From: Thalia democratica
Taxonomy: Eukaryota
DNA: 64,000 bases
Direction of reading: 5' to 3'
NCBI GenBank assembly: GCA_965202585.1
Contig: OZ241827.1
Location: forward strand, 30,566,001 to 30,630,000
Part shown: in pieces, positions 47,142 through 61,000 of the stretch
Position numbering within the stretch: the first letter of the stretch is position 1
Layout: each line of letters starts with the position of its first letter
Notes under the pieces: generated by a model
The model's database searches: none
What the model saw: only the letters and a program-made list of their open reading frames with translations
What the model was told of the DNA's origin: nothing
Position numbers and translations under genes: made by a program

Positions 47142-47886
47142 CAGGGTTGCCACTCTTTAAGCTAAAAAAACTGTCTCGAGTTATTCTGAGCTTACAAAAA
47201 AATTATGTTAAATAAATTCAAAAAAACAAAACAAACTTTTAAAAATACACAAAATTTGAGTTTTAGCTTAAAAAAGATATAAAATATCAAAATATTGAAA
47301 CTAAAACAATCAAATCTCATTCAAGACCCAGAAGAAAAAACTGTGTATAAGACTTTCATTAACACTATCTTGATTTTTTAATTTTTAAACTATCGAGTTA
47401 TCAAGAGTTTTTTTATTAATTTCAAGCTGTCCTTGCTTATCTTGATTATGTTGAGTGTGTAACTCTGAATATTAGAATATTACTAATATAAACACATAAA
47501 CTAGGTAAATAAGCTACAAAACCATTGTAACAACTTAATTTTTTAATATGAATTATTATCATCATTGTTTATATAATTTTAGCAGTAAAAAAAAGTTTAG
47601 ATTATTATATACAGTAAAGCTAGTAATAAGCCAGAAAATTTTACTTTAGATTGAAGCCAACGTTAAAAACTTTTAAAATATAAAAGGTAGAACATAATTT
47701 TAGTGAATAATAGCAAAACATTGAAAGATAGTCTAGTCAAAAAATTTTAGGTTTGTAATGAAACTAACTTGACTTTTCTATTAAAAAAATATACTACTCA
47801 AGCCAGCCTAAATTTTCAAGAAATAACAAAAAATATATATAACTAGCCTGAGTTACCCTGAATGGCCTGAACGTTTGGCATCCTTG
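47142..47886. mobile_element. MITE family B (TIR CAGGGYTGCCAC), degenerate
   Basis: Termini similar to 49260-50196 and 51863-52400; no clear TSD. Confidence 0.45.
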
Positions 47887-47983
47887 ATGTACGGTAATAA
47901 CATAATTATAAAACATGATTAAAAAATCATATGCGTGTATAAATTATACAGGCATATCCTAGTAAAAGTACTTGAGCTAACTA

Positions 47984-48355
47984 CAGGGTTGCCACTAATT
48001 TTTTCGAAACTTTTTCCAGGTTTTTCAAATTTTTTCAAGGTTTTTAAAAGTACACATTTTTGGGTCTATTTTTAGTTTAAAGTCAAGTTTTAACTGTAAG
48101 GTAAGAAACTGTGTTAAATAGTAAAAAAACATTGAAAAGATACTGTAAAGCTACTTTAAATATGTTTTTTAATAAATAAAAATTTTGATGATGACAAAAA
48201 AATTTTATTTATACGATAGATTTTTTGAGTTAAATCGAAATTTTACTACTGAAAATGTGAAAATTGATAAAATTCAAGGCTTTTTTAGTGACTTTACTTT
48301 GAAATTCCAGGTTTTTCTAGGATTTTCCAGGTTTCCAGGTAAAGTGGCAATCCTG
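47984..48355. mobile_element. MITE family A, 6-bp TSD TAACTA
   Basis: TIR CAGGGTTGCCAC/GTGGCAATCCTG; TAACTA on both sides. Confidence 0.8.
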
Positions 48356-49259
48356 TAACTACAACAAAATGCAAAAAATACTTAATAGTAATTAAAATTA
48401 AAGTTATATTTTAGTGTATTTGTAAAAGCTCTACCTAAGGAATTTTCATAATTTTTTTTTAACATTAAAAAATTTTAAACTCTAGAAATTTATTTAAAGT
48501 ACAATAATTATACTCGATCCAAAAAAAATTATCTTTAAAAACTGACTACTTAAACAGATAAAAATTATAAACTAAAAAATAGAACTATATATCCTTTTGA
48601 TTTAAAAAAAAATCGTAATTCTATGAAATTAGATTATACTAGCTGGAATTTATTTAAAAACAATGTACAAAGATATTTGAAAAATTAAAGTTCTAATTAT
48701 ATTAAATTAATCCATTTTAACATTAAAAAACAAAGCTTACAATTTTTTAGGATAAATGCAACACATCACATCTTCAGTAAAAATGAGTAATATAAAAACA
48801 GTGCATCAGTATGACATAGAGCTCCTTTTGTAAATTCAAGAAACAAATCCTCAAAATGATCTTAGTAATTGTTTTTTATCACCCACTTAAGTAAATCATC
48901 TACCATTTTGCACATCTTAAATCATAAATTCAGTGTGTATTTAAGGTCACCATTTTCATGATGTGAATTAGACCGGCCATCAGATTAAAGGGACCATTGG
49001 ACTTGCTCAGTTTTAAGAAGGTTGAAAAGCTCACAAAAATTGTAATGCAAGACTACAGCACTTCATATAAGTTACAGAAACCATCTTATCTAGTTTATGA
49101 CAGTGACCTGTTTTATAATTCAAACAGCTTTAATTCAGCAACTTATATAGACTTTCATATATTTAAAAAATAAATAAACAATATAAAAAAATGTATAGGC
49201 TCAGTAATAACTATTATAATACTAACTATTAGTTATGAAAGTACTAAACAATAATATAA

Positions 49260-50196
49260 AAGGGCTGCCACTATTTAAAACAAAAAACTAGTATGAGTTA
49301 ATTAAATTACCTTTAAAATATTGTGTGTTTTCAAAATTTGTTTCACATCTTGTATATATTTTTATTTTATTTTTAAATTACAAGGACTTGAATCTTAATA
49401 TGTTCTTGCATAGCACACTCTAACTCTAAGTGCAGAAAACTTTTAAAATGCCTTCTTAAAGAAAAAACTTGAAGTTTAATTCACTTAAAACTTTTGTACA
49501 TTGCAATTAAGCAAGTTTATTTCTTATCTTTATAAATACTATTAAAAGGGTTGCTATTGGTTTTTGAGAAACTTCTTTAAGGTTTTTAAAAGTACACGTC
49601 TTTGGGTCTATTTTTGGTTTAAAGTTAGGTTTACAATTAAAAACTGTGTTAAATAGTATAACAACATTAAAAAGATACTGTAAAGCTATTTTAAATGTGT
49701 ATTTAATAAACAAAAAATTTGATGATGACAAAAAAAATCTTTACCTATTTGATATATTTTTTGTGTCAAATCAAAATTTTAGTACTTAACATGTAGAAAT
49801 TGTTTAAAATTCCTTTTCAGGTTTTTTTAGTCTAAATTGTCAAATTCCTGGTTTTTTTCAGGATGCCAGGTTTTGTGGCAAGCCTGTTTTAAACTCTAAA
49901 AGTGGTTTCAAATAACTCTAAGACTTGTATATACTTAACTAGGATATAAAAAAAAAGTTAATTAGAGTGTGTTATAAAGATAAACTAATAGATTTTACAA
50001 GACATTACTTGATTTTTGGTATAAATACTAATTTTTTGCAAAAATAAACATTATCCTAAAGAAGGATTGGTTTATTTTGAAAAAATATAGAAATTAGTCT
50101 AATTCAAAAAACAATTCAAACAATCATGATTTTAAATTAACTTTAAATTAGCCAGTCTTTTTAAATTTAAACTAGCTTGAGTGTGTGGCAGCCCTG
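49260..50196. mobile_element. MITE family B containing a nested family A copy (49546-49886, TSD TATTAA/TTTTAA)
   Basis: Outer TIR AGGGCTGCCAC/GTGGCAGCCCTG; inner copy similar to 47984-48355. Confidence 0.6.
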
Positions 50197-51862
50197 TAGA
50201 TATTTATAAAAACTTTTTACAATATAAGTAATAGTATACATATATCATGACAACCATGAAAATACAAAGTAAAATCAATAGTCAAATTCATACTATTAGT
50301 TAGATTAGAAGAGGGAACCAATTTGAACTTAACTTTAAATTTTCTTTTAAAAAATTTGTTAACAATTATCATGTAAAAAGAAAAATAAGTTTTAGATTGG
50401 TTTAAAAGGGTTGCTTTAATTTCAGTGAAGGGATTAAGAGGGTAAACCACTTTTCCACAACTTCATCTTATTTTGTAGTAACTATGCTACAAGTTTCTTT
50501 TTACAGATATTTAAAAATTCAAAATATTTTTTGAGATATAGCAGGTAAAAGTTGGAGAGTACAAATATTAAAATTTTTTATTTTTTATTTAATATTTTTA
50601 TTTTAAGTTTTGTTAGCACATATTTCTTTAAATATTGCAAGGAATATTTCCTAAAAATTTGTGGTACTTTTCTCAAAAAACATCGGAAAACACAGACTTT
50701 TAGTGATTGCTACTTATTCACCGTTTTAGTTTTCTCCTATTACAAGGTTAATATCCTATTGTACTCTTCGACTTTAACCAGCTTTATTATCTCAAATTTA
50801 TTTGAAGTTTTTTAATATGTATAAAGCAACTTGTAGCTTAACTAAAACTCTACAAAATAAAATCAAGTTGTAAAAAAATTATTTTCACCTTCTGCCCTTA
50901 AACATGATATAGTATCTATTAAGCAAGCCAAACACAAATTTACAATTATCCAACATTCAGATTATAAAAATTTGCTTTTAATTCTTCATTGCAACCTTTT
51001 ATACGAGTATGTCCCAAAAACTATTAAATACTTGAAATTCTAATCAAAAATTAGGTTTTAAAGCTAATTTATAAATTTGTTGAAAAATTTCTCTGCCTCT
51101 ATGTTGTATTAATGAAATGCTCTATTGTATATACCTAATGATTTTTTAAAATCACCAACTTCTCAATTAAATTAGTCAACTTTAATTTGTTTTTTTAATA
51201 CTATCTTAAAAGATTTTTCATTAGTTTTCTTTTGTAATCAATAATTTGTTCTTACAAGAAATCATTCTATATTTCATTCAAAACTTGTCTAAAATATGAG
51301 TATTTTAGTAACCAGTAAAGTAGCACAACTTAAACTTTACTTTACCTATTAAACCTGTTTTTTTTTAATTTTACACATATAATTTAGGTAAAACTTTGCT
51401 TTCTTTTGTAATATAGATTTTATTTTAGTATTTGAGAAAAAAAATTGAAATTTTTGATTAAAACATTTTTTTATTTTATATGTATTTAAGCTTTAAAATT
51501 GATGAATATTAAATTTTAGGCTCTAGTTTGAAAGAATACACATTTGTAAAAAAAAAAAAAAGTTATTGTGTTTACACCAAATTTTTAACAAAAAAGGAAA
51601 CTTATGAACGTAAATAAAATTTCACTTTAAAAAAAATTAAGAATGATAAAAGAAAATAACATTATTTAAGTTATTTAAATTGGCTCTAAAATATGCAATT
51701 TTACTGGTAGCTAACAGACAAATACTTTGGACAACTTTTGAATGAAATTTAAATCTTGTTTTTTTATTAACTGGAAAATGGTTAGTTTTAAAAACAACTT
51801 ATTTTACAAGAGAAGAGTCTTTGAAAATGGTTTTAATTCAAAATATTTTTTTTAAGTTTCAT

Positions 51863-52400
51863 CTGGGTTGCCACTTTTTGAGTCAAAAACTATCTTAAGT
51901 GACCCAAAATCTGTTCTGGGTAATTTTGAGATTAAAAAAATTTTTTTTTAATGTTTTAACTAATATTTATTTCAACCATCATCAGTCAAGTTAAAGATGT
52001 TTTATCTATTAATAATAAATTATGAACTTCACCACATGACCATCAACAACAGCATCCAAGACAACAGGTTGTTGTTGATGGTCATGTGGTATAGTTCTTT
52101 ATTTATTATTTTTTCAATGTTAAAATAATTTAAAATATTATGAAAGTCAATAAAAATTTAGTTTTTGAAAAAAATTGGTAAAAAAGTATCAAAATATTGA
52201 AACTTGAACATTTAAATCTTAATCAAAATCTATAAAAATAAACTGGACTGAGATTTTCAAAAAATCTTAAAATTATTGATGAGTCATCCAGAGTTTTTTA
52301 GATTCAAACTAGCAAGTTATCCAGAGATTCTAGATTCAAACTAGCAAGTTATCCTGAGATTTTTAAAAACTGTAAAGAGTTGATACGTGTGGCAGCCCTG
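51863..52400. mobile_element. MITE family B
   Basis: CTGGGTTGCCAC...GTGGCAGCCCTG. Confidence 0.55.
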
Positions 52401-52932
52401 TAAAGTGGACTAATTAGCTACAAATGAATAACTCTACTGGTTGCTATGATATTTGAACATATCAGTTAATAAACAGTACAAATTTTAATTTTGTTAAATG
52501 AAATCTTAGTTTAAGTGCCTTAACATTTTTAATGTGCTAAAAAATCACACTATTGTTAATTACAGCTGAAAATTTTTTAGTGTATCATACACACTAAGTG
52601 AAACAAATTTCACTGGAACACAGAGACTTTTTCTTTTGAGGTGAAGTTTTTCTTAAAAATCAAGTGCATTGTATATGTAATATTTTAGTTTGATCATATA
52701 ATTTTATCTATTTATACAATTAACCTAAAAAAAAGGAACTAAAAGTACTCATTGTCTTATTTTATTTTAAGTTTTATTTAGTTTTTATAGAGCATTTATA
52801 ATAATATATGATTTTGTATTAATTATAAATAAAATAACAGATAATATTTAGACATTTTCTATTTAGATTAGTAGAAGTATAAATATTATTAAATACATAA
52901 AAAAATTCAACATATTTACATATTTAAGTTAA

Positions 52933-53585
52933 GGGCATAGGGGGGGACCAATATTTAGTTTTTTTACTAAAAATAACATTGGCTCTTATAAGAAAGCATA
53001 AGTACAAACTACAAGTTAGGTTTTATAGAATCAATTTTTTTTTTTTTTGAGACATAGTAATTTTTGAGAACAGTTTCCAATACAAACTTATGGACCATAA
53101 ATTGTTTGGGTCAGTTTCCTTAGAAATTTAAAAAATCACTAAAAATCTATCTTCTCCTTCATTTTTTGAGCTAAAGAACTTTCAGGAAACATTCCTTTTA
53201 TAGTTTAAAAGACTTGAAAAGTTAAAATTTTTAAAAGATTTAAAAATAAATACTTTATGTATAAGGAACAAAAGAAGTTGATTTTTTCAATTTTTTTTTC
53301 AAAATTATTTAAAAAAATTTTTGCATTATACTTTTTTTAATATTATAGTGGACTTTCTGTGAAAAATTGAAGAAGACTGGTTAAGAAATGAAGGATAAAA
53401 TAGATTTTTAAAGAATTAGTCTTTTACACGTTTTTAGTTTGTGCCTTCCATTAGTAACCGACATAGATCTCTTATATCTCAAAAACTACTTTGATATTTT
53501 AAGCAGTTAAAAACGTCTGATAGCTCAGGTAAAACTCTATAAAATAAGATAACTTGTAAAAATCAAGGTGAGCCCCCCTAGGCCC
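52933..53585. mobile_element. TTAA-flanked MITE (same family as 20405-21099)
   Basis: TTAA-GGGCATAGGGGGG...CCCCCCTAGGCCC-TTAA. Confidence 0.75.
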
Positions 53586-53893
53586 TTAAATATATAGTAA
53601 AGATTTCAAAAATAACTTTCAGTGAATAAAAACTTATTGATGTATAATATGGTAAATTATAATTCATTTTCTACTAAATTAAGAATTACAATTATAAATT
53701 TTTAACTGAACATGAATCTTAATTTAATCAAAATTTTCAAGTAATATTTAATGCATTTAAATTTAACTTTAGATAAAAAACTAACTATGTTGTTGTAATC
53801 TAGTACTAATATAAAATATGCAAAATATTATATTAGTACTTACTTATTAAAAATATTATATTTTCTTCTATACAGATTAAAAACACTTTTTGG

Positions 53894-54575
53894 TTATGCT
53901 TAACTTTAGGTGAGCACGCTTTGGGTTGATATACAGGAATTTTCCAGCTTTATTTTCAATGATTTTCAATTTTATTTTGAAATTTATTCATATTATATAT
54001 TTATATTACTGAATGTAATTTTAGCTGGCACCTTTAGTGACTCTTCAACTTTATATAAGAGTGTCATTTCAACGATGCAACTTTTTTGTATTCTTTTATT
54101 AATATATTTTATGTATGATACATATTGGTGTGAACTTAGTATAAAAACTTATTTGTTTTGTTAGGCTTTAATTGACTCAAACAATAGTGTCAAATCAACT
54201 TCAGTCATTTCAATTCTAGTCTCAACAACAAGAGTCATTTCAAATTATATTGTACATCATTAGATAAATAAAACAAAGATTTTTATAACAAAACCAGTTA
54301 ATTTTCATACTAAGTTCACACCAATACGTGACATAATAAACGATAATACTAAAAGTTTACAAAAAAGTTTAGTAGTTGCGATGGCGAAATGACACTATTA
54401 TATACTGTTGAAGAGTCACCTTAGGTGCCAGCTGAAATTAAATTCAGTAATATAAGTACATAAGCAGGGTAAAGCTTATGTACTTATTTTCAAAATAAAA
54501 TTAAAATCATAGTAAATAAAGCTAAAAAAATCCTGTATATTAAACCAAAGCGTGCTTACTTAAAATTAAGCATAA
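53894..54575. repeat. Diverged foldback (long inverted repeat, ~255-bp arms)
   Basis: 53894-54150 is the imperfect reverse complement of ~54300-54575. Confidence 0.75.
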
Positions 54576-57230
54576 TTCACTTTTTTTTTAGTTAATTCTA
54601 CATACTTTTTTAATAATTTTTTTCAAAATAACATCAAAACAAAATTACCTGGATTAAGTTTCTTAGTTATAGTGATCAGGCTGGCCAAGATGATCTAAAC
54701 TAATTATAGTATATTCCCTGCAAAATATTATAAAACATAGTTGATGTTTATATCTAAATCCTAATGTTTATAAATATTTATTTGATTAAAGCTTCAAATC
54801 TCAGATTTTCGTTCAAAATAGGCAAATATTGGAACTAAAAGTTTTTGGCAGCTGACTTATATGGCTTCATGAATATAGTTTTTCTAAATATTAAAAAAAA
54901 AAGCATTTTTATCATTAATGCTATTATGCAGGGATCAGATAGAAGGATAAAAACAAACTAGTTAAATTACTTCTTTTGCCAACCTAAATCAATTCACGTT
55001 CAAATAATTTTCTGTAAAAAATATAACTTATCCGATTAATTAACACTTAAAATAATTCTTGTCCGATTATTTACAATCTGATCAATTTCAACTCCAATTG
55101 CTTCCTATTCGATCAGTTCCTAATGCATTTGCATAAATTTTTAACGAATATTAAGGCTTTTTTTTAACTGTAATAGTATCATATGTTTTTAGTGGAAGTG
55201 CTATAGTTTAAGTAAGTGCATTATTTAAACAAAGCAGGAGCGTGTCTAGACTATTTTTTAAGTGGGGTAAAACAGTTTTATTTTTATGTAATAATAGATT
55301 TTTCAGAATTATACTTTGTTAAAACTCTTTTAGAATAATGTAAGTACTTACTCAAATGTTAAAGCATTTATTTTTATTATGTAAGTAAGTATTATTAAAA
55401 CTAATTCCTAATTAAAACAAATCTTTTTTTTGTCATTTACCTACATTTTTATTATTATTTTATAAAGAAAATGTTTTATAGATAGTGTCTAACTCAACAA
55501 GCTCGTTATGATAAACAAAATTTTTTTTCTTGATTTAACTTAGAGTATAGTGTTGGTTGACATTAAATATTGGATAAAAGTTTGAAATAGAATTAAGAAA
55601 AGTTATCTGTTTGTTGAAAGTAGTAAAAAACTTTCAATTAATTTGTGTTTGTAAAATTTTTAACTGTTTTTAGTATATTAACAGTTAGTTGATATATAAA
55701 GACAAAATATATTATAATTAAAATACAAGAGTTAATATATTGTAAAAACTAAACAACTTATATTTGTCGAGTTTGTAAAAAGTGAATATAGATATTAACT
55801 ATTTGTTTAAAAACAAACCAAGTTATATATTTGAAATAAATACAAAAATTCTCTAAGTTATTTCTATTTACTGGACAGTTCTTAGTAAAAACAGAAAACA
55901 AAAGTTATTTATTTTTAATGATTTGTTTCAACTTATAAAATTAAAAAAATTAATTAGTTTATTAAATTAAAAATAAAAAAAAATTAATTAGTTTATTAAA
56001 TTAAAATTAATTAGTTTATAAAAAAAGTTTTACTTGTTTTATCATTATTGTCAAACTATCTTCTTTAAACGATAGATAAACAAATAATATTTTAAGTTTA
56101 ACAAAAACTTTTTAAAATATCACTATATTACACTAAAAGTACAAAATTAGTACACTAAAAGAATCAAAACTAAAAACACTAAAAAAAAAAAGAACAAAAA
56201 GAAAATATCATGCTAAAAAATTTGTGGAATACAACATGTGTTAATATAATTTTGTTTAAAAAGGTTAAAAAATAAATAAAAGTTTTATACGTATAAACCT
56301 AATCTTCAAGTTAAATAGTATAATATAATAATTTTAGAAAAACTGCAGTACGTAGTTTAAAATTAAAGCATAAATCAGTTAAAAAAAAATTCTTACAAAC
56401 AGGCTCTCAAAAGGAAGAAAATTATTTTTTATTAAAAAAACATATTTTAAAACTATTATCCGCTGTACCTAAGTAGCGCACAGCACAAAAGTAAAACTTT
56501 TTATGACTACAAGAAAAGTTTGCCTGTTGTTATGCCAGTTAGTTGTTTGTATTTCTTTATTCAAATGATAACATAAGTGCAAATTAACTATTTAGTTTAT
56601 TACCAGGTTTTGGAAGGAAAACAAAACTAATAAAGTTTGAATAAGTTTGACAAGGTCGGAATTTTTATTACCGAAACCTGGCAACAAGTTGAATACTTAA
56701 TTTACACCTGTGTTACGATTTAAGCAAGCTCTTTACCTAGTAAACTAAGTTTTTTTATTGTCAAAAATAATAATCACATTTTTATATTCAAAATTTAAAA
56801 AGTTTAGAGAAAAAAATTAGCAAATCTATTAAAATAAGTAAAAATGTTGTTTCAAAAACCATTTAATTTTTTAGAGGTCGCACCGGCTCTAGGAAACTAG
56901 TATAAACATGTCCCTGAAACACGTCCTATCTAGTTAAAGTTAGACTTATAAAAATATTAAGTACCTTGTATTTACAATTAAACTTCTTGGTTTGAAAACA
57001 ATCGAAACTAAGTAGACCTTACATTTGTAAAAAACTTCTAACAGAATTGCCATCATAAATTCGTATACTAACAAAATACTCGAGAACAAAAAATTAATCA
57101 AAAAAAAAAAATAAAGTATTCAATGTTTAGATTTTACGATTTCTAGCATTCATACTTTTTAATCTTTTTTTTTTAGGTTATTAACTTGGTAATTGTAATT
57201 TTATTCTTTTTTATTAAATACACATAGTAC

Positions 57231-58777
57231 CAGGGGCGTGTCTAGACTTTTTTCAAAGAGGGTTCACAATTTTTTTTGTTCTTATTTTCCCGCATAAGTA
57301 CGCTTTTCTTAGGTATGCACTGCCACTTAAGTACGCAATATTTAGCCGAAAAACTCTGTGTTTAAAATGCTTTTTTTCTGCTAGAAATAAATAAAAACAT
57401 ATAAGTAGTAATGGAAAAATATAATATTTTTTTATCTATTATACTGTATTAAATTTAAATAAATTAAAACTAAAAGAACCAGAAAAAATTATATTTATAA
57501 TAAAAACATTTTTTCAAGTAGTTTAATCTATAAAAATTGAAATTTCATTAAAAAAATGGGTAATTACCTAGGATGGTGTCTCACCAATATCAAGCTGAAA
57601 TTATATTGAATTTAATGTTGTTTTTTACCATAATTATAGACATAAAAATCATGTTTTATAAATACATAAATAAAACTTTTTTATCATAAACCAATATAAC
57701 TTATATATTTAATTCCTTTTATTTTTAAAATAAAGCAAATGATACAATAACTTGTATACATTACAATACTGTAAAACGAAATTAAATGAATTAAGTATTT
57801 TAGTTTATAATAATTTATTTTAGTTCTAACTATATATTTATATATCTTTTTAAAAACGAAGTATAATTTTAGATCAATCATATAAGGATTAAAATCAATA
57901 TTTTAAGCCTTATATGATGTTAATTAATATTGATTTTGAGCCTAAAATTATGGTTTAAAAAGATATTAAATACAATATAATTTCAGCTTTATATTGGTGC
58001 GACATCATCCTAGGTAATTACCTAAAAATATTTAAAGTTATACAATTAAATTAAAATATCTTTAGATTATAATTAAATGTTTGCCTGATGGTGCAGGAGT
58101 TCTAATGATTTTGAAATCTCTCTGAGTTAAAAATTTCAAAAAATCAAGAACCAACTTTGTGGCCAACAGATGTACAAAAATAAAAAAACTTAAATAAAAA
58201 TATTAAAATACCATTTAATGATTAAAGAATAAATTGTCAGGTGGTGTAGTTGTCTAAAGATGATTTTAAAACTCTCTGAATTGAACTTTTCTAGGTTTAA
58301 ACCCAGTTGGTTGACACATAAACAAGAAATATAAATTTTAAAGTACTAAAGCTTCACACAACATTATTATATAAACTAAGTAAAATAAAACTTTAGTAAT
58401 TATATTGGACATTTTTTAAGTAAAATTTTACTTACTAGTTCAAAAAAATACTTGATCAAAAGTTATTTACTATAAGTAACAATTTATAGTGGGAACTAAG
58501 AGCATCTTAGTAATAAAAAATACTACTTTGAAACTTTTACCTATTATTACGTCACGATTAAAATTTTAATTAAAACCTATTTCAGCCGGGAAAAAACGAG
58601 CATTTTTTGTTAAGGAAACTTATAATCTTTCAGTGTTATAAATTCAACATTCATTATTCAAAATTTATCAAATAACCAAAACAAAGTCAATAAACAACGT
58701 TTTTAGTGATATTCTAAGAATCTTTTTTTTTTCAGGGGGTTCACAGGAAACAGGAAACCAGTCAAAACACGCCCAAG
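57231..58777. mobile_element. Old hAT-like MITE (TIR CAGGGGCGTGT) with nested palindromic element 57559-58022
   Basis: Degenerate TIR, 8-bp TSD CATAGTAC/CGTAGTAT; related left end at 55235. Confidence 0.5.
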
Positions 58778-59769
58778 CGTAGTATTATACTAAAGTATAG
58801 TGTTAGTAAGGGGTCAGCAGGATTTTGGTGGTCGAGATCCAAGGTTGAAAAATAAAAAAATATTCTGAGTTGTAATTTAGTTTTTACTCTTTATAACAGA
58901 CCCGAAATATTTGGTTGCAAGTTTTAAATTTCCCTTAAAATGTACCTATACCTTTTTTTGCTCTTCATATTGAATACCAAAGTCCAAACAACTTCTTTCT
59001 CGGGCAAAGTTTGCATATTCGCGGGCTGCAGGTTTTACCTTTCATGGGCCGCATTGGATTAAAAGATACATACTCGCGAGCCGCAGTTTGCCCACCATTA
59101 GTGTATGTAAGTATAATAGTTGATTGTTTTTTTTTTAACTATAAACTTTTTAAAACGAAAATGTAAAACAACATGGACTATTTACAAAACAACGAAAGTA
59201 AAAAAAAAATAAACAATTAGGTGAGAAACCGCTTGAATGGAATTTGGTCGAATGATAACTTGGATGACGAGTAATTTAAACATGAGTTTTATGATTGTTT
59301 CCCAAACAGACTGAAAATGGTTTAAAAAAAGCTGTTAAGGTTTTATTGATCCGTATCTTAGTAAATTGCATGAACTGAAGTTTGTAGGTAAATAATGACA
59401 TTAAACTACCAAATAAAACTCTGCCTATTGTTTTTTTTCAATAATTACTATTTTAAGAATTCTTATTATTAAAAAAACTATCTTTTTGTAAAAATTAAAT
59501 TAAAAAAATTTGTCAATAAAAATTTATTCAACTTAAAAATATTTGCTGATTGTTTTACAATTAATGTTAATTTTTACCACAAAAATAATCTTTGATTGAA
59601 TTCTCAAAGTCAAAAAATTGAGATGTGTATAATGATAGGCCCGCTTCCAATAGAAACAGGATATGCGTGTTGTGCTCCAAAAAAATTTACAATGTACAGA
59701 ATACACAACAATAAAGATAAATACAAATTAACTTTGATTCTAACTCGTTCGTCTGCTATTGTTTTCAAA

Positions 59770-61000
59770 GTACTGTTTTTATCCTTTCTTCATTCTTTTG
59801 TCAAATAGAAGATCGCCAATTGTCGCAATCATTAGTATGCTTTCCTTACCAAAATTTCAAAAAATAAGATGTTCTTTTAAAGGCCTATTTTGTCCAAAAC
59901 TAAATTTCCACAAGCTTACTACAAGCTCTGAAGTAATCTTCGAAATATACTGTTACAAGTTCTTTTAGTCTTATTTTGATGAGTTAAAACATCTCAAAGC
60001 TAACAATATATTTTATTCGTCATCTGCTCTTAAAAGCTTAATTTTAATGTACCTTAAACTAAAGCTATTATTTCTGTGCTGATACGCTATATATAGCTTT
60101 GAAAAAAAAAAGTAATTGATTAAATTAGCTACGGAAGAACCAGAATTAAGCTTTAATAATGTCGTTAATATCGACAGGTATACGGTGTAAAAATAGCTTT
60201 CTAGTTGTTTACATTTAAGTTGTCAAATATTTCATAGGTCAACATGAACACAAGATATTACTAGACTTTATTCCAAACTATGAAAAATTTAAGCATGTAA
60301 ACAATTGTTTTATTATGACTAACAGTGAAAAAACAGTTTATGTGATTCTATAAATTAAATATAGTACATAATACGTTGAAGATTAACAACGAAATCGAGC
60401 TAAATAAACAACTTTTAGTTTTAAAAATCATTATTAATAGAAATGATAATTTAGTTATCATTTAGTTTTTAGAAAGCTTATAATTATTGGAAAGTAGTTG
60501 AACTTCAAACTATATTGCAGAAAAGAAGAAAAGCTGAACTAACCCAAACTTTTTATCACAGAGCTAGAAAAATCAGTTCACCCGAAAAATTTTCAGTTGA
60601 ACTTAATGTCATAGGAGTTACTTCTAAAAACTGAATAGCCTAGGTCTTGAGTTAAGAGAACACTAAAAGCTGAATCAAAAAGATTAAAGATCAATATTTA
60701 TTTTCTGCCTTAATAATGTCCAGTGTTATAAATTTAATATTATGTAGGTGTTCCATCAATTCTAGTTCATAGAAGTATCAATAGAATGACTCAAAAAGTT
60801 TACTTTGCATTTAAGCCCAGAACATTTTTTACTTCTAATTCTTATTGCAGCTTTAAATGAAAAAAGGACCATATATACAATAGGTAAAATAGCTGTGTGG
60901 TTTACAAACTAAATTTGCTGTTGTTTAATCAGCTACACAAGTTAAACCTCGAAGAATTTAGAAATAATAATAAAAGAACATGTTACAAATTGTGTTATGG
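59770..61000 (+). pseudogene. Heavily decayed Penelope-like RT plus GIY-YIG remnant
   Basis: Ordered frameshifted motifs: PIV..I, LIKLATE..ELSFNN, YRQV.GV, YVED (60372-60383, cf. YVDD), HRARKISS, SCVVYK..CCC..SY..*TSKNL..IIKEHV. Confidence 0.6.

Noticed and set aside
51960-51990. Minus-strand CTGATGA...GAAA
   Set aside because: No stem II and only weak stem I pairing.
50217-57881. Short hydrophobic ORFs 50217-50450, 50552-50815, 53910-54164, 57684-57881
   Set aside because: Expected by chance in very AT-rich or repeat DNA; no domains.
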